Below, piece after piece: positions 46,235-62,830 of a stretch of 64,000 nucleotides of DNA (position 1 is its first letter; each line of letters starts with the position of its first letter). A model generated the notes under the pieces. That model was not told where the DNA came from. It searched no databases and saw nothing but the letters and a program-made list of their open reading frames with translations. Origin of the DNA: the human T2T-CHM13v2.0 reference genome, Homo sapiens. A program made the position numbers and the translations under genes. The stretch is taken from assembly GCF_009914755.1 (NCBI RefSeq), contig NC_060928.1; one strand, given 5' to 3'.

Positions 46235-47284
46235 CTCTTGGGCTTTAAGCAATAGGAGTTTGAACTCTGCAGGCCCATTTTTATGTGGATTTTTTCAATA
46301 AATATATTGGAAATTTTCTTGGAGGTTTGCAACTATTTGAAAAAAAAAAAGACTCACATATGAATGGTATAGCCTAGAAATATTTTTAAACAATAAGAAA
46401 TGGTTAGGTAGGTCATTAATTCATAAGGTAAACTGGATACTAGTCTATTTTATGACTAGATACTAGTCTATCATTTACCACTATAAAATTTACACAAATC
46501 TATTATGGGAAGTTAAAATGTATCAAAACTTACACACACACTTACAGACCTTACATGGCACCATGCCCAGTCTAAAGAAATATAAACAAATGTCTAAATG
46601 TGGCATTAAATTATAACTGCATAAAATTAACTGTAGTACATATTGTACTACTGTGATAATTTCACAGCCAACTCCAGTTGCAACTGTGGTGAGGTCAAAT
46701 GTTGCAAGTAACATAGTGTGAGCAGTTTGTCTCTCCAGTAAATTGTATCATGCAGTAAAAAGTAACCTCTCACAGTTCTTGCATAGTTTTCACCAAGTTT
46801 AGTGCAATACTGCAAACCTTGGATAATACCATGGGACCCATAAAAAGTGCGACTAGTGATGCTGGAAGTGTTTCCAAGAGGCAGAAAAAAGAAGCCATGA
46901 CATTACAAGAAATGTTTAATTGCTTGATGTGTACCGTGGACTGAGCTCTGCAGCTGAGTTTGACTGGCATTTCAGACAGACAATTTATCTTATAAACAGA
47001 TAATGTAAACTTATGGTATTGAAGATATAGTACAGTACTGTAAATGCATGTTCCCTTGTGATTGTCATAATAATATTTTCTTTTCTCTAGTTTACTGTAT
47101 TATAAGATACAGTATATATTAGTGTATGAAATATGTGTTAATAATCTGTTCACATTATTAGTAGGACTTCCAGGCAACAGTAGGCTATTGATCGTTAAGT
47201 TTTGGGGTAGTCAAAAATTATAGGTGGATTTTTTACTGTGGGGGTTGACACTTCTAAACTCTGCATTGTTCAAGGGTTGACTAT
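46235..47284. mobile_element. Tigger2-derived element (Tigger2b-like)
   Basis: gtttgaactctgcaggcccatttttatgtggattttttcaata ... gcattgttcaagggttgact terminus; about 1.05 kb. Confidence 0.8.
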
Positions 47285-48184
47285 GTTTTTCCCATCTATT
47301 CACCCTTTATCCCTAGAAAGTAAAAGCCTTAAGATCTTGGGGAAGGGGGAAAAATCCTCTTATCTATGGGGTACATGCAAAGACCTATTGCTACTGGTAA
47401 AGACTCCTGGGAGCTGGTCAGGAAACTGTCTTGGTTCCAGGATCTTTCACAGATATAAGCCAAGGTTGGCACATTCTGGGAGGCAGGAAACTCTCCAGAG
47501 ACCAATCACAAATGAAAGGTGGTGTTTCAAAGATGAGGGGCAGTAACAGTGACAACACCCTTAGGCCCAAGTTGCACATGACCTGTGTGAAACGGAGGCT
47601 GGACCAGGTCCGCGATAACCTTGTGCAAAGTAACACACAACAGATGTCTACCACAGGGGAAGGACCCAAGACTCACAGAGGACAGAGGCACCTCCACTTG
47701 GTGCAGCTGTGAAGGGACAACTAAAACCTGAGGGAGAAAAAGAAACACTGAGGAAAAATCTCTGGCAACACAGGCCCTATTCTAAATACTACAAAGTAAT
47801 AGCAGCCTGCTGCTAGAGGAATCCAAAGCCTGTGGTGCACTGGACATAGTGAGGGCAACAACAAGACACATATCCATATCAATTCCTGACTAGATTGCTA
47901 CAGCCATACACCAACAGCCTGGTAGGAGGAGAGTCTGTATCAATATATTCTATTTACCTCAGTCTGCAGTCTCTTACAGCAATATGTCTAAAATTATAAG
48001 AAACATTAGAAAAAACAATCCATTGTCAAGATGTAAAGCAACAAAAATAGATTGAGCTATATCCTAGATGTTAGAATTATCACAGTGACTATAAAAGTAA
48101 CTAGGGTTAATATGTTAGCAGGAAAGGTGAATATAACATACATGAATAATAGGGGAAATTCAGCAGAAAGAAGGTAAACTAAAG

Positions 48185-49870
<1,686 letters not shown>

Positions 49871-50258
49871 TATCTCTTTTTATAAGCACATAGACTGCTG
49901 AAGAAATAAGGTAATTAAAATAGCATGGCGGTGGGAGAGTGTGTGGAATGGCAGGAAGATACAATAGCAAGGAATAGGAACTAGAGATGAGCATGAAAAT
50001 GTAAATCAGTGTCAGGTCATAAAGAATTCTGCATGCCATGCTAAGAGTTTGATTTTCACTTGCAGAAGTTGTATGATGACATTGGAAGTTTTATGTTTTT
50101 AAATTTTTATTTTAAATTGGTTTTAGATTTTCAGAAAAATGCGACAATGGTAAAAAGAATTCTCTTATATTCTTTACACTTTTCCTAATGTTAACATCTT
50201 ATATAATGAAAGTGAAATTATCAAGAATAGTCATTGGATATTGATGCAGTATTACTAA

Positions 50259-50569
<311 letters not shown>

Positions 50570-51739
50570 TAATGACTTTTCTATCTGTTTCAGGATTTTT
50601 GCCTAAGATCCCATATTTCATTAAATTGTCATTCCTGCTTAGTCTCTTCTAGTATGTAGCAGTCCCTCAGTCTTTTATTGATGACCTTTAAAACATGGGA
50701 ATGACATAATGCGATTCAAAAATAGATATGATTGCTTACAGTATAGATGATTGGAGAAAGTGCTGTAAAATCAAGCCAGCTTAAAGACAGTTTTGGTAAT
50801 TGAGTGTGTGGTGATATCATTTGAATTAAAGAACTGGCAGTAGATATTTCAAAAAAGAATAGTTTTGAGAAACATTAGGAGTAAAATTAACATTATGTGA
50901 TAACCAAGTTGAGATGGAGGAGCATGGGAAACAAAAGTGAAGAAATAATCGAAGATGACTTCTGAGATTGGGTTGTGATATTCTAGGTAGATAGCAGTAA
51001 CTGAGAAAGCAATGTAAAATATTATTTTGTCATTCTCTATCTTTCTCTTACACAAACATAAACACACTGTTCCCCACATCTTTCTCAAGATATTATTCTT
51101 ACTTTTATGGGATATAATTTTCTGGACTATATTAAATATTCTGTCATTCATCCAGAAATAATCAGTTTCAAATCCAAGAAGTTTTATAAGGAACAATAAT
51201 TTTAATAAATAGAATTTCTATAAAATGATTAAAAAGTTTTAAAGACAGACATATAATATGATCTGATTATCATTCTTGCCACAATTATGTTTAATCCTCA
51301 CTCTTTGCTTGTTATGTTTATGATTATGTAGGTGAAGATTAAATTTTACCTATAATGACCAAATATGACATTCTGCACTCACCGAGTTTCCTAAAGTGCA
51401 ATTGCTATATCTTCTATCAGCTGCCAATCAGTTATTAAGTATAGGACAGATAAGGTGTTGTTTTAGATAAACTGATAATTTTATAAATTTGCAGGCTATT
51501 GGGAAAAGGCCTTTCTAAACACAGTGTTAAGCAAAACAGTCTTAAAAGACTGACAATTTCATTGTATATAATTTTAAAATTTCTGAAAAGCTACATAACT
51601 CATAAATAAATTTAAAATACAAGACTAAAGGCAGTTAAATAAATGTGGATAAATAGTGGTGCTAAGGCATGTAAAGGTCTCCTTCATATTAATAACAAAA
51701 AGACAAACTCCATCATAGGTCATATTTCTTGCCTCTCCC

Positions 51740-52155
51740 GCCATTCTAACCTTGCACCACTCTCTACCATGCTCTTTGCACTCCAGCCACTTGGCTCCTC
51801 TTTCTGCCTTTCTGGTATTTCATTGTCTCTGTGTCACAGGATCTTTGCACATTCTATTTCTTCTTTTGGAAACATTTTCTTTACTCTTTTTCGTCAAGGT
51901 AACCTCCATCCACTTAATTAGTTCCTACTTACCCTTCAAATTGCAGCTCTATAGTCACTTCTGTAGCAAAGGCTTCCCCAATCTCTAGTTGAGGAAAAAT
52001 GTTTTTGGGCTATCATAGAATAACGTTCTCTTTTGGCCTGGAACCTACTCAGTATGTCATTAAACATTCATATGAATATCTTCTGTCTCACCCATTATAC
52101 TCTTGCCTATTTTGGGCCATTTTGCACCCTGAGTACCTGGTACTTGCCTGATATA
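51740..52155 (+). mobile_element. L2 fragment
   Basis: ctttgcactccagccacttggc...acaggatctttgcacattctatttc. Confidence 0.6.
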
Positions 52156-52311
52156 GAAATACATTTTATATATATAATATACAGGTATATATATGCACAT
52201 ATATATGTGTTCTTTGAAGAATTGTTACTAAAATAAAAAGATAAAAAGATAGGAGATTGATCTGAATTTCCTTAAATCGGGAGCTATGAAATCTATCATT
52301 GAAAAATTATA

Positions 52312-52665
52312 AAGTAAATATGCTAAATATAATTATATTAGTAAATATCTGTATATTTAGTAAATATACTAAATATAATTATATTTATATACTGTATATA
52401 CTAAATATAATTATATTTATATAATGTATATACTAAATATAATTATATTATATTTATATACTGTATATACTAAATATAATTATATTTATGTACTATATAT
52501 ACTAAATATAATTATATTTAGTATATTTACTAATTTTTGTAATTATATCATATAATTGTATTTTGTATATTTACTAATTTTTGTCTTGTATTTTAAATTT
52601 TATATATAAATTTTATAAAACTTATGAAAATATATAAATTATATATAAATATACATAGTAAATAT
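52312..52665. repeat. AT-rich ~32-bp minisatellite with embedded palindromes
   Basis: Unit tactaaatataattatatttatatactgtata repeated about 5 times; perfect 30-bp palindrome at 52497-52526. Confidence 0.92.
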
Positions 52666-53219
52666 CAAAAAATATGTGTTCCAGCCTTGTCTCTACTACT
52701 TAATAGCAATGTAAACATAAGCCTCAATTTAGTTTTGAAAAGGGGAATAGGAAAATATTCAATTTAGCCATGCTGATCAAATGATAAAATGTATGTGAAA
52801 CCATTTTTTAAACTCCAAACAAAATAAAAATAAAGTAATATTTCATCATTATCATTTTTATTACATCAATGATGGTAGAATCACTTTAGGTCTGATTAAA
52901 AGTGTACTCAATACTTTCTAGGTTCTTCTCAGTACCATTTTGCAGCCTTGTTGAAATTTTCCTTTATAAACACATGGAGCTGAAATTATTTGGAGCTAAA
53001 ACTATAGAGAATCAATGTTTTAATACCAAACTAAAAATTTTTTAAAAGAGAATACTATTAGGGATTCTTCTTCTTTCTTTTCTTTTTTTCTTTTTTATAT
53101 CTAGGAGGCTGAATTTTTCTGAATTTTGTAATAAGGGAGAGTTAAAAACCCTCCTAATTTTTCATATGGGCCTTTCTGTTTAAAAACAATGATTTATTTT
53201 GTAGTTCTTCATGGCCCAG

Positions 53220-53420
53220 ACATTCTAATCTAAGTCAGGTTTGAACCCCAACTCTGCCATTTACTAGTGTTACAGATTCACTAGTGGTATGATGGACAAT
53301 GCATTTAATGTCACTGAGTCAGAATTTTCTTACTTGAAAGTTGGAATAATAATAGCTTTTCTGCACACGGTTGTTATGAGATATAAATTGAAAAATAAGG
53401 TGACTTATAATATGTGCCAG
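53220..53420 (+). mobile_element. MIR
   Basis: ggtttgaaccccaactctgccatttactag...cactgagtcagaattttctt. Confidence 0.65.
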
Positions 53421-54435
53421 GTTAAATGTTTAATTCTTCTCAGGTTTGGATCACTAATTATAATTAAAGGTTCACGTTGGCTTTAGATGAGTGAAAAAAT
53501 AGTTGACTGAAAATTACTCAACTGAGTTCATTTGATGGCTGGTGATCAACCATTTAAGCACTTCTATTTTGTAAGAAGGAATAAAATCTTAACAATTTTT
53601 AATTAAAATATTTTTTCTGTATTTTCACTTCCTAAGTAGATAATTATGATTAACTTGGACCTTGTAACACTATTTACATATTAAGGCAAGCTTTATTTGG
53701 AAGAATTTGTTCCAGATGATTTTATTTCTGGCAAACTACATTGATGAGGTCCCAAATATAGACCATCTTCTAAATGTCACATCTCAGATGGTTGCTAAAA
53801 ATCATATTTGCAAAGAATTCTAAATGTCTGGGTAAGCTGAAATTGTTTTGTGTTACTGTATTCCTAGAAGTATAAAAGCAAATGTCTGGAGCTTTTTGGT
53901 GGAATATTAAAAAAGCAATCATAAATAGTATATTTGTGATTTGTTAATAAACAGAAAAAAAGTAATTAGATTATATTTAGTCATCATAGAAAGAATACAC
54001 AAGTAGTGAAGTTCCACTGCCCAGTTATGGTCATTGTTGAGTATGACTGAAGATTATTGAAAAAATAATAAAAAGTCAACAAATATTAGATGTTCTGCAA
54101 CAATTACTTGAAAGAGCATTGAAGTTACAATCCGCCAGGCTACTGTTTCTCAGAAAGGGTTACACATCAGAACTATTCAGGTAACATTTCATAATGCAAA
54201 TACATGACTACCACACTGGACTGAATAAACTAGAAACTCTAGGAGTAGACTTAGTCATCTCTCTCTCTATTTTTAATCTCCACTTTTGATTGTGATGCAG
54301 GGCAGATTTTGGAAAGACTATGGTGGACAAACTGGGAGCACTTTGAGGATAGAACCTGTCATATACATTCTCTGATCTCCAGGGAAGTTCCTTGGACGTG
54401 GTTGAAAGTTGATTATTTATATTGATGAATAAGTA

Positions 54436-54808
54436 TGTCTTAATCCCTTCTGTGCTGCTATAACAGAATACTTGAGACTGGGTAATTTATAATAAACAGA
54501 AACTTATTTTCTCACAGTTTAAGAGGCTGGGAAGTCAAGATCAATACACTGGCGTCTGGAGAAGGTCTTCTTGCTTGCTGTGTCATCCTATGGAGGAAGG
54601 GCAAAGAGAGGGCAAGAGAAAGCCAAGGGGAGGCCAAACCTGTCTTTTGATAAGGAGCCCACTCTTGCTATAATAGCATTAATTCATTCAGAAAGGTAGT
54701 GCCCCCATGACCCAAACACATCACATTAGGTTCCACCTCCCAACACCAACACATTGGGGATCGAGTTTTCAATATTTCAACTTTGGGGGACACATTCCAA
54801 CCACAGCA
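54436..54808 (-). mobile_element. MSTD/MLT1A-type MaLR solo LTR
   Basis: tgtcttaatcc...tgctgctataacagaatacttgagactgggtaa...gacacattccaaccacagca. Confidence 0.85.
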
Positions 54809-57096
54809 GTGTATGATGTAATGTGCTAAAGTCCTGATGTGTCTTAAAATCACCGGAGGAAGTTATATCGGGACAAATTGGTAAATATAAATAAGTCAGA
54901 AAAAAAAGATCACAAAGAAGATATATGTTCAAAAAGGATGATGCTACCAAAAAATATTTCACTGAGTTCTCATTTTCAGTAAGAGGTAATAAATTTTTTA
55001 ACTCTTTATGCATTTTATTTTTAATCTTGTTTTACTTAGTAAGAAAACAAAGACTCAAAATATTTAGCTTAAGAAATGAAAATGTTAGTGTACATGAATA
55101 TATCTTAGCTTAAATGGATACATTTATAGAGCAGAATTAAATTCCATAACTGCAGAGTGACCACAAAGGGCAAAAGTGTTGCAATTGCTATTAAAAATAA
55201 TAAAAATAATAGTTGTGCTTTTGGCAGTTAGTGCAGGCTCCAAACATCTTTGGTAGTGACAGAATCTCAAACAACTGGAGTCATAAAACCAGCAAGCTTT
55301 TCAATATGATCTGTATGTATAGATGTTTACGTATATGTGCATATATAGTATAAATAAATCACAAGGCTTGAAATAATAATAAAGAACTATGCCATTGAGA
55401 TGTCATAGGTTTAGATTATTTTAATTTAAAATAGTTGATAAATACACGTTCTGATCTTTCAAATTCAGTTCTCATACTATATCAAATGAACTGACTATGC
55501 ATTCTATGAAACTGCAACTCATAATAATAGTCTCTTAATTGTCAAGACATGAAATTCTTGCAAAAGGTAGTCTGCGTTGCTAAGCTTTGCTTCTGTTCTT
55601 ACTGCAGCCTTTTATTTCCTGAAATCTCCCTTCAGCTGCCATGAGTTATAGCCTATTTTTATACTAACCTTCATCTAGGGCCCTGTAGATCCAAAGCAAA
55701 TCAATTTCTATCTGCCATGCTTCAACCGACATTTTGTTTTGGTAAAATAGGGCCAAATGGGCATCAAATACAGCCTTGAAGGGGAAATGGCAGGTTGCTG
55801 TGGAGGCCCGTTCTTATATGTGCACAACTGCGGCTTTGTTTTGAGTCATCCAGTCCCAATTCATTTTACTTGTGTGAGCTCTTCCTTTCCTCTTCAGTGG
55901 GACTACCTCCTTTCAACAAACTTGACAATAAAACAATCTCAAATTGAGCTTTCCCCTATTTAGAGCTTTATCTTTACTTCGCTATGCAAAATTTTAAGGA
56001 TACAACTACAAGACTCCATTGTTTGCTTGTTGTGGTGAAAAGGATGATTGGTTAGAGAGCTGGGTCATCTATTTTGTTTTTTAAGTGGGTGCATTTGTGA
56101 TTTCTTGACAATAAAGGATTGGGCCCTCTCAGAGGGATGCGCATTTATAACTTGCAGGCCACCACTCTCCCACTCTCTATGAGAAACCTGACAAAATGAT
56201 TTTGGTACTTTTTCTTATTGAGTCTCAAACTCTCAAAATAGTGTTCCAGGATGCCAATTTACCAACAAGTCATCAAAAGCACAGCAGGTAAAGCCAATTT
56301 CCCATCCTTGGACTGCACGATCTCTAAATTATCTTTTAGGCCTGACATTATATGCTTTCTGGCTGCAATTTTTGATTATTCCGATTTTGATTTTGTAGGA
56401 AAATTTCAGTTATTCTTGCTAATATGAATAGCACGATAGGCAATACCAAACAGTAATCCAAAAACAAAGTTTTTGTATACAAAATTAACTGGTTTTAGTA
56501 TCTGCTTAGTTCGTGTTTAATAGGAAGTAACAGTGGGTTGGAAGAAACAAGATTTTATGCTAAAGCAAATGTATCTACTAAGCAAGATTAATATATGACT
56601 TTTCATTTTGGAATATATCCTTCTAAATCTGAAGACTAAAACAGACAATTTTCCTGTCATGTTACATGTGACAGAATATAATATTGAAAGTAAATTTTTC
56701 CCCAAATTTCAATGTTTATAACTGTATAAATTTTGTGGTAGAAGTATGTAAAATATTATATTTACTTAATTTCCTGTAATTAGTGTAATCTAAAGATTGA
56801 CTCCAACTGTGTACCCCTTAAGGCACTTTCTTATTTTGATTTTAAATGCTACAAACCAAAATCTCTTCTAAAAAGTGACTTACTACTTACTATTTGCTTA
56901 TATAAATCATTAATGGTCATATATACCAAAATAATGAAATAAAAATTTGACTACTCTTTTTGCATTAATTCATTGAAATTATAAGTATACACTTATATTA
57001 TTTTCTATGAAAATTGAATTCATGAACATGACTAGAACATATGATTTTTGCTAAAATTAGACCTCACAATGTTATGGTCTAAGAAGCATCCATCCA

Positions 57097-57402
57097 GGCC
57101 AGGCACGGTGGCTCACACCTGTAATCTCATCACTTTGGAGGCCGAGGCAGGTGGATCACAACATCAGGAGTTCCAGACCAGCCTGACCAACATGGTGAAA
57201 CTCCGTCTCTACTAAAAACACACAAAAAAATCAGCTGGGCTTGGTGGCACAGGCCTGTAATCCCACCTACTCAGGAGGCTGAGGCAGGAGAATCACTTGA
57301 ACCCAGGATGCGGAAGTTGCTGTGAGCCAAGATCACACCACTGCACTCCAGTCTGGGCAACAGAGGGAGACTCCATCTCAAAAAAAAAAAAAAAAAAAAA
57401 AA
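57097..57402 (+). mobile_element. AluS (sense), ~1.3 kb upstream of the exon
   Basis: Full-length Alu with A tail. Confidence 0.95.
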
Positions 57403-58379
57403 TACATCCTTGATGCTTTCACATTTATTGGAAATCAGTATAATCTCTTTCATGAGGCAATGCTTGAAAAATATGTCTCAAATAATTATTCATTATTTTG
57501 CATGTATTGGTTGGCTTAGCATTAATAAATTAATAATAATAAATTTATTTGATGATGATATGCTTATCATTAGTACAGCACTTTTAAGCTTGCACTTTAA
57601 ATCAGCCTTCATTAACTGGCCAGTTAATTATATACAAGAACTTACCATTAAGTTTTCCTTTAAGTTTTTAAAGAACTATGTAAAACAATTTATAATAAAT
57701 TTTGAATCTTAAGAATGTTATACCTAGAATGCCTAAAATCTAAAATAAGGCTGAACCAGTTATAAAATGAAAATAATTTTTTCATTGATTTCTTCACTGA
57801 TTTTTGAACTTATTTTTAATTTTTTATCTTCAAAGTTTGCCATTATGAAACATTACCTCTTCACTCTTTTTTCTGTGTATACAATTTCTTTACATTTACT
57901 TATAATTTATATTTGATCTAGTTTTAAGTACATTTTGAGGTATGCACATAGAAGAGTTAAAGTGAAATAAAAATAGATTGTAACCATATAATAGGAATTA
58001 TAAATTGTTGATCTAGGAACCAGAATGAGACACTGGCTACAATGTAGTATTTGAAATTATTTGATTTGACCATAAGCTTTCTTACTGTCAAGGAAAATAA
58101 CAAAAACATTTTTGTTTCTCCAGTTTATGGAAAGGGGCAATGTCATCAAGTTTTTAGATATCAGAATCATTCTGTTTTCAGTGGCCAGAAATGCTTTTCT
58201 CCAAACCTTCATCTTTCTGTTTATTCACCGGTTTACATATTATCTACTTTTTGAAACCTTGTATTATGCCTTCAGTAGGGAATTATCTTTTCTCTGAATT
58301 ATAAATTGATAATTACAAAAGTTTATCTACCACTAATTGAATATCTATCATGTGAGAGGCAAATAACAGACACTGTTTT

Positions 58380-58505
58380 CTCTAATCCTTGCAATAATCC
58401 TGCGAGATTCATGCTATTTTACCCTCTTTACAGATGATGAAACCGAGCCAAGAGAAGCCAAGTGATTTGCACAAGGTCGCATAGATAATAAGAGCAGAAT
58501 TCTTG
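58380..58505 (-). mobile_element. MIR fragment
   Basis: tttacagatgatgaaaccgagccaagagaagccaagtgatttgcacaaggtc. Confidence 0.75.
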
Positions 58506-58642
58506 GAATACCAATAGTGCTTTGTAATTTGAGGATCTCCTCATATCGAATGTTCCTTTCTAAAACATTTTCATAGCTATATAAAAAATCTGTAAGCTTT
58601 ATCCATCCAGTGCTTCTCAAAAAGGGAAAACTATGTGAAACC

Positions 58643-58974
<332 letters not shown>

Positions 58975-60530
58975 TAATTTGTTTAGGTTTTGTAAGCTGA
59001 TATTTGCATGAGAAGCAAATTCATTAAATCTTAAAAGTTTCAAGGGTCTTACTCATTGTTATTTGTGGTTTTCTTGTCTTGTCATATTTTTCTTATAAAC
59101 ATAGCAACAACTGAAAATTGTGTTAATGTATTTAAGTCCAACATTTTGGTATAAAGTCAACTTTAAATATAAATACCTGTACCTACTTAATGCTTAGTTT
59201 ACAAATGTTTCTAGAGAGAATCTGATTCCAATACATCTTGATTTTTCAACTAATGGGAATTTAGTCATAAAAACAACACCGTCTTTCTTCCCTTTCAAAA
59301 AAATGTATACCTCTCTATAATGCAGAAGATCATATTGGATAACCCTAGAACACTGAAAATTTACCTCTTTCTATTATTTGGCTAAATGAAATCTGAAAAA
59401 TCTTGCTTACACCCTTGTGTAGACTTTAATACCTACTCAGTACTTAACTCCTTGGAGTCACTAAAATTATATCACCATACAGTTCATATTATATGTTGTC
59501 TACAGTAGGAAGTCTCACAAAAGTACTAAGTAGTAAAAAAAAAATTCTTTAATCTTCCAAGGTAAAACACAAAGCATTGTCCCTAAATTTATCATAATTT
59601 GAGAATAAAATGCTTTGTCTCAGTATATTTACTGGTACTTCATTAACAACTAAACAAAATAATATTTTTGTTTACATTTATTTTTTCTGAATTTATCTAC
59701 CTTTTTTCTAACTGACCGATCCCCAATATCTTAATCTATAGATTCCCTCTTATTTGTGGCAGAAATAAAATAGAGATGAGTATGATCAAATGAGGGGAAA
59801 TGAACAGATCTTGATAAAGAATGCCTATTTTGAAACATGTGTTTTCTTAGAGGTTATGTCTTGAGAAGGAGTCTTGGAAAAATTTCCTGTTCAGTAGGAA
59901 TGGGTTCAGTTTTTACAGTTTTCTGAAAAGAAAGTCAGAGAGGATTTCACTCTCTGTAGCATAACTTATTTTTCTTTGCAAATAAGTAAATAAACATCTT
60001 AAAAAATGCTTTCTTGTCCTAAGCTACCCAGCAATGTGAACGATATTGGAGAACAGTTACACAAGAGTCGTCCAGAAAGTGCCATCAATAGAATTGAGAA
60101 CAAACAAGTTGGCAGAAATCTAGGAATCAACAAATAAGAAAGAGCTCCTGTGGACTCTCAGGGAGGGAGAGCAAGTGGCAGTTACATTTAGCCCTAAATA
60201 TTCAATGGTTGCATGGGGTTTTGGCAGCCAGAGTCTTATTAAACTTGGTGGGTAGGCTTCAGCCAAAGTCTGTGGCACTCTCTGGAAACACACTCCTTTG
60301 TCTCCAAGACGGAAATCCTTATTTTTGTTGCTTAATTCACGTTATTAAGGGGTCACAGAACAAAGTCTAAGAGACTGAAATGAATAAAATAAACAAAAAG
60401 GATATTAAAAATAATTGGCTCATCAGTTAAAGTAAGGATTGAACTCAACACAAGCCTGAAATTCCCTGATAGGATTATTTAGTGAACATAATAAACTCTT
60501 TGGAATCAACATGCTGAATAAGACTGTTGA

Positions 60531-61001
<471 letters not shown>

Positions 61002-62369
61002 TAGAACAGAAAAGGAACTTTTGATTAAGGCATTTTCTCAACATTAAAACAAGAATATTACTCTTTCATTATAAATGACCATGAAGAAAGAAAATTCCTT
61101 GTTAGTTTGTTTCCAAGTCCTACATATATTATAGTCAGGTAATTTGTATAAAAGAAGACATTTTTATTACGGGTGAGATAACTATATTTTGAAAATATAT
61201 ACTAAATAAATATATAGTCACAGAATCATTTATGCATATTTGAAATTTCTTATTCTTTTCTCCTGAGTTTTTATTTGAGTAAATAAGATGGAATAATTAT
61301 GTAATATATGACTGGGTCATTTGTTAGATCTGAGGTTTGCTTTAGGAATTTTATTTTTGGGATAAACTTGCTTTTTCACTTATTTAGCTTAATAATTTAT
61401 GAAAAATATTTCTGCTTCTATCACTAACATTATCTCCAGTAATGCCCTTGTTTAATGAAAGAAAATTTCCCTTTAATACTTACAATTAATCTTGCAAGTA
61501 AAGCATTGGACTAGAGTCCAAAATAAACATCAAGCTATCCAAATACCTTGTACTTTGAAGAGGGCTACTTGTATTTACTTATCCATTCATCAGTGTCATC
61601 ATTTTAAGTTCAAACATTGGAATTGTATGTGACTTTTATCTTGGTTATGAAGAATTGCTTTCATTAAGAAATGGATTAACTATGGATGGAATCTATGGAT
61701 GGAATTAGGCAGCTTCCTGGGGCCAAATGTTATTGAAAATGTATTTTGTATAGAAAAAAATATATACTTTTTAAAAAGATTTAGACTTCTATATCAAGTT
61801 AATTAGAGAAACCTCCTTTTCAAAAGCAGTTAATTATAATTAAGGGCAAAATATAAATGTCTACTTTAAATTCCTTAACAAAGAAAACTGATATCTTTGC
61901 TTCTAAGTCAACAGATGAAAAGATGAAAAAAATGTGGAAACTTTATTTGAATGGATTGATTCAAGACACATTTTAAAATGCTTGAAAATAGGTTAGGAAG
62001 TGTTCAGCTTTTAAAAATATGTCCTTCTGGAAATATTCATTGCTCACTTGCTCAGTGCAATGCAAACTATGAGATAAAAAGTATTACAAAACATAGTCTT
62101 AGTCTTTAATAAGCTTACAGTTAACAACAGATGTGTCTTTCTTAATAGAGAAAATAGTGGATTAAGTGTTATGAATGATGTAAACTCAGTTCTACTGGTG
62201 TGTAAAGAAGTATTTAATTTTGGCACCAGTGATTGAAGAAGGCTTTATGGAATGACTTCACTCTTGATTATGGAAGTTAATAGTATTTCAAGAGGCAAAA
62301 ATATGTGAGAAACAGCCCCCCTACCAATAGACAGTGTGATCAAATATTGCAGCAATTAAGATATTAAAA

Positions 62370-62830
62370 ATAATATCTCTGAGCATTTTAATTTGTCAGA
62401 CACTAGAATGAGATATCATGTCATTTGATCTTCTCAGTAGCTCTGTGAAGTAAGAACTTTACTGTCACAATTTTACAAATAGGGAGACAGGAACAAGTGA
62501 TAGGTAACTTGTTCACAAAAAACATAACTAGGAAGTATCAGATCAGAGATTTAACGTCTGACAGAGCCTATGATCTTAATCATTTATCAGTATAAAGGGG
62601 TTGCAATAAACTATCACCCAAGAATGTAATAATAAGGGCTAATCTAATAGAGAACATTTACTATATCCAGCCTCTGTTCTAAGTGTTTTACATGTATTAT
62701 CTCGTTTACTCCTCATAATAGCCCTTTGTAGTAGTTATTATTTTATTATTATTATTTTTACAAATGAAAAAGCTGAAGTAGTGGGAGGTCAGGTAACTTC
62801 CAGTAAGTGGAGAAGCCCCAATTCAAATAT
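62370..62830 (-). mobile_element. Two adjacent MIR fragments
   Basis: ttttacaaatagggagacagg...aggtaacttgttcac; aacatttactatatccag...tttacaaatgaaaagctgaag...aggtaactt. Confidence 0.65.

Noticed and set aside
47238-47748. Cluster of overlapping ORFs in GC-richer sequence
   Set aside because: Probably a decayed old L1 5' region next to the Tigger and L1 ORF2 relics; no recognisable protein or exon structure.
52320-52530. Regular ~32-bp repeats as a CRISPR-like array
   Set aside because: Head-to-tail units with no unique spacers, in eukaryotic DNA with no cas genes; it is a minisatellite.
61680-61705. Small 13-14 bp tandem duplications (also at 2447 and 44566)
   Set aside because: Ordinary slippage-scale events with nothing distinctive.
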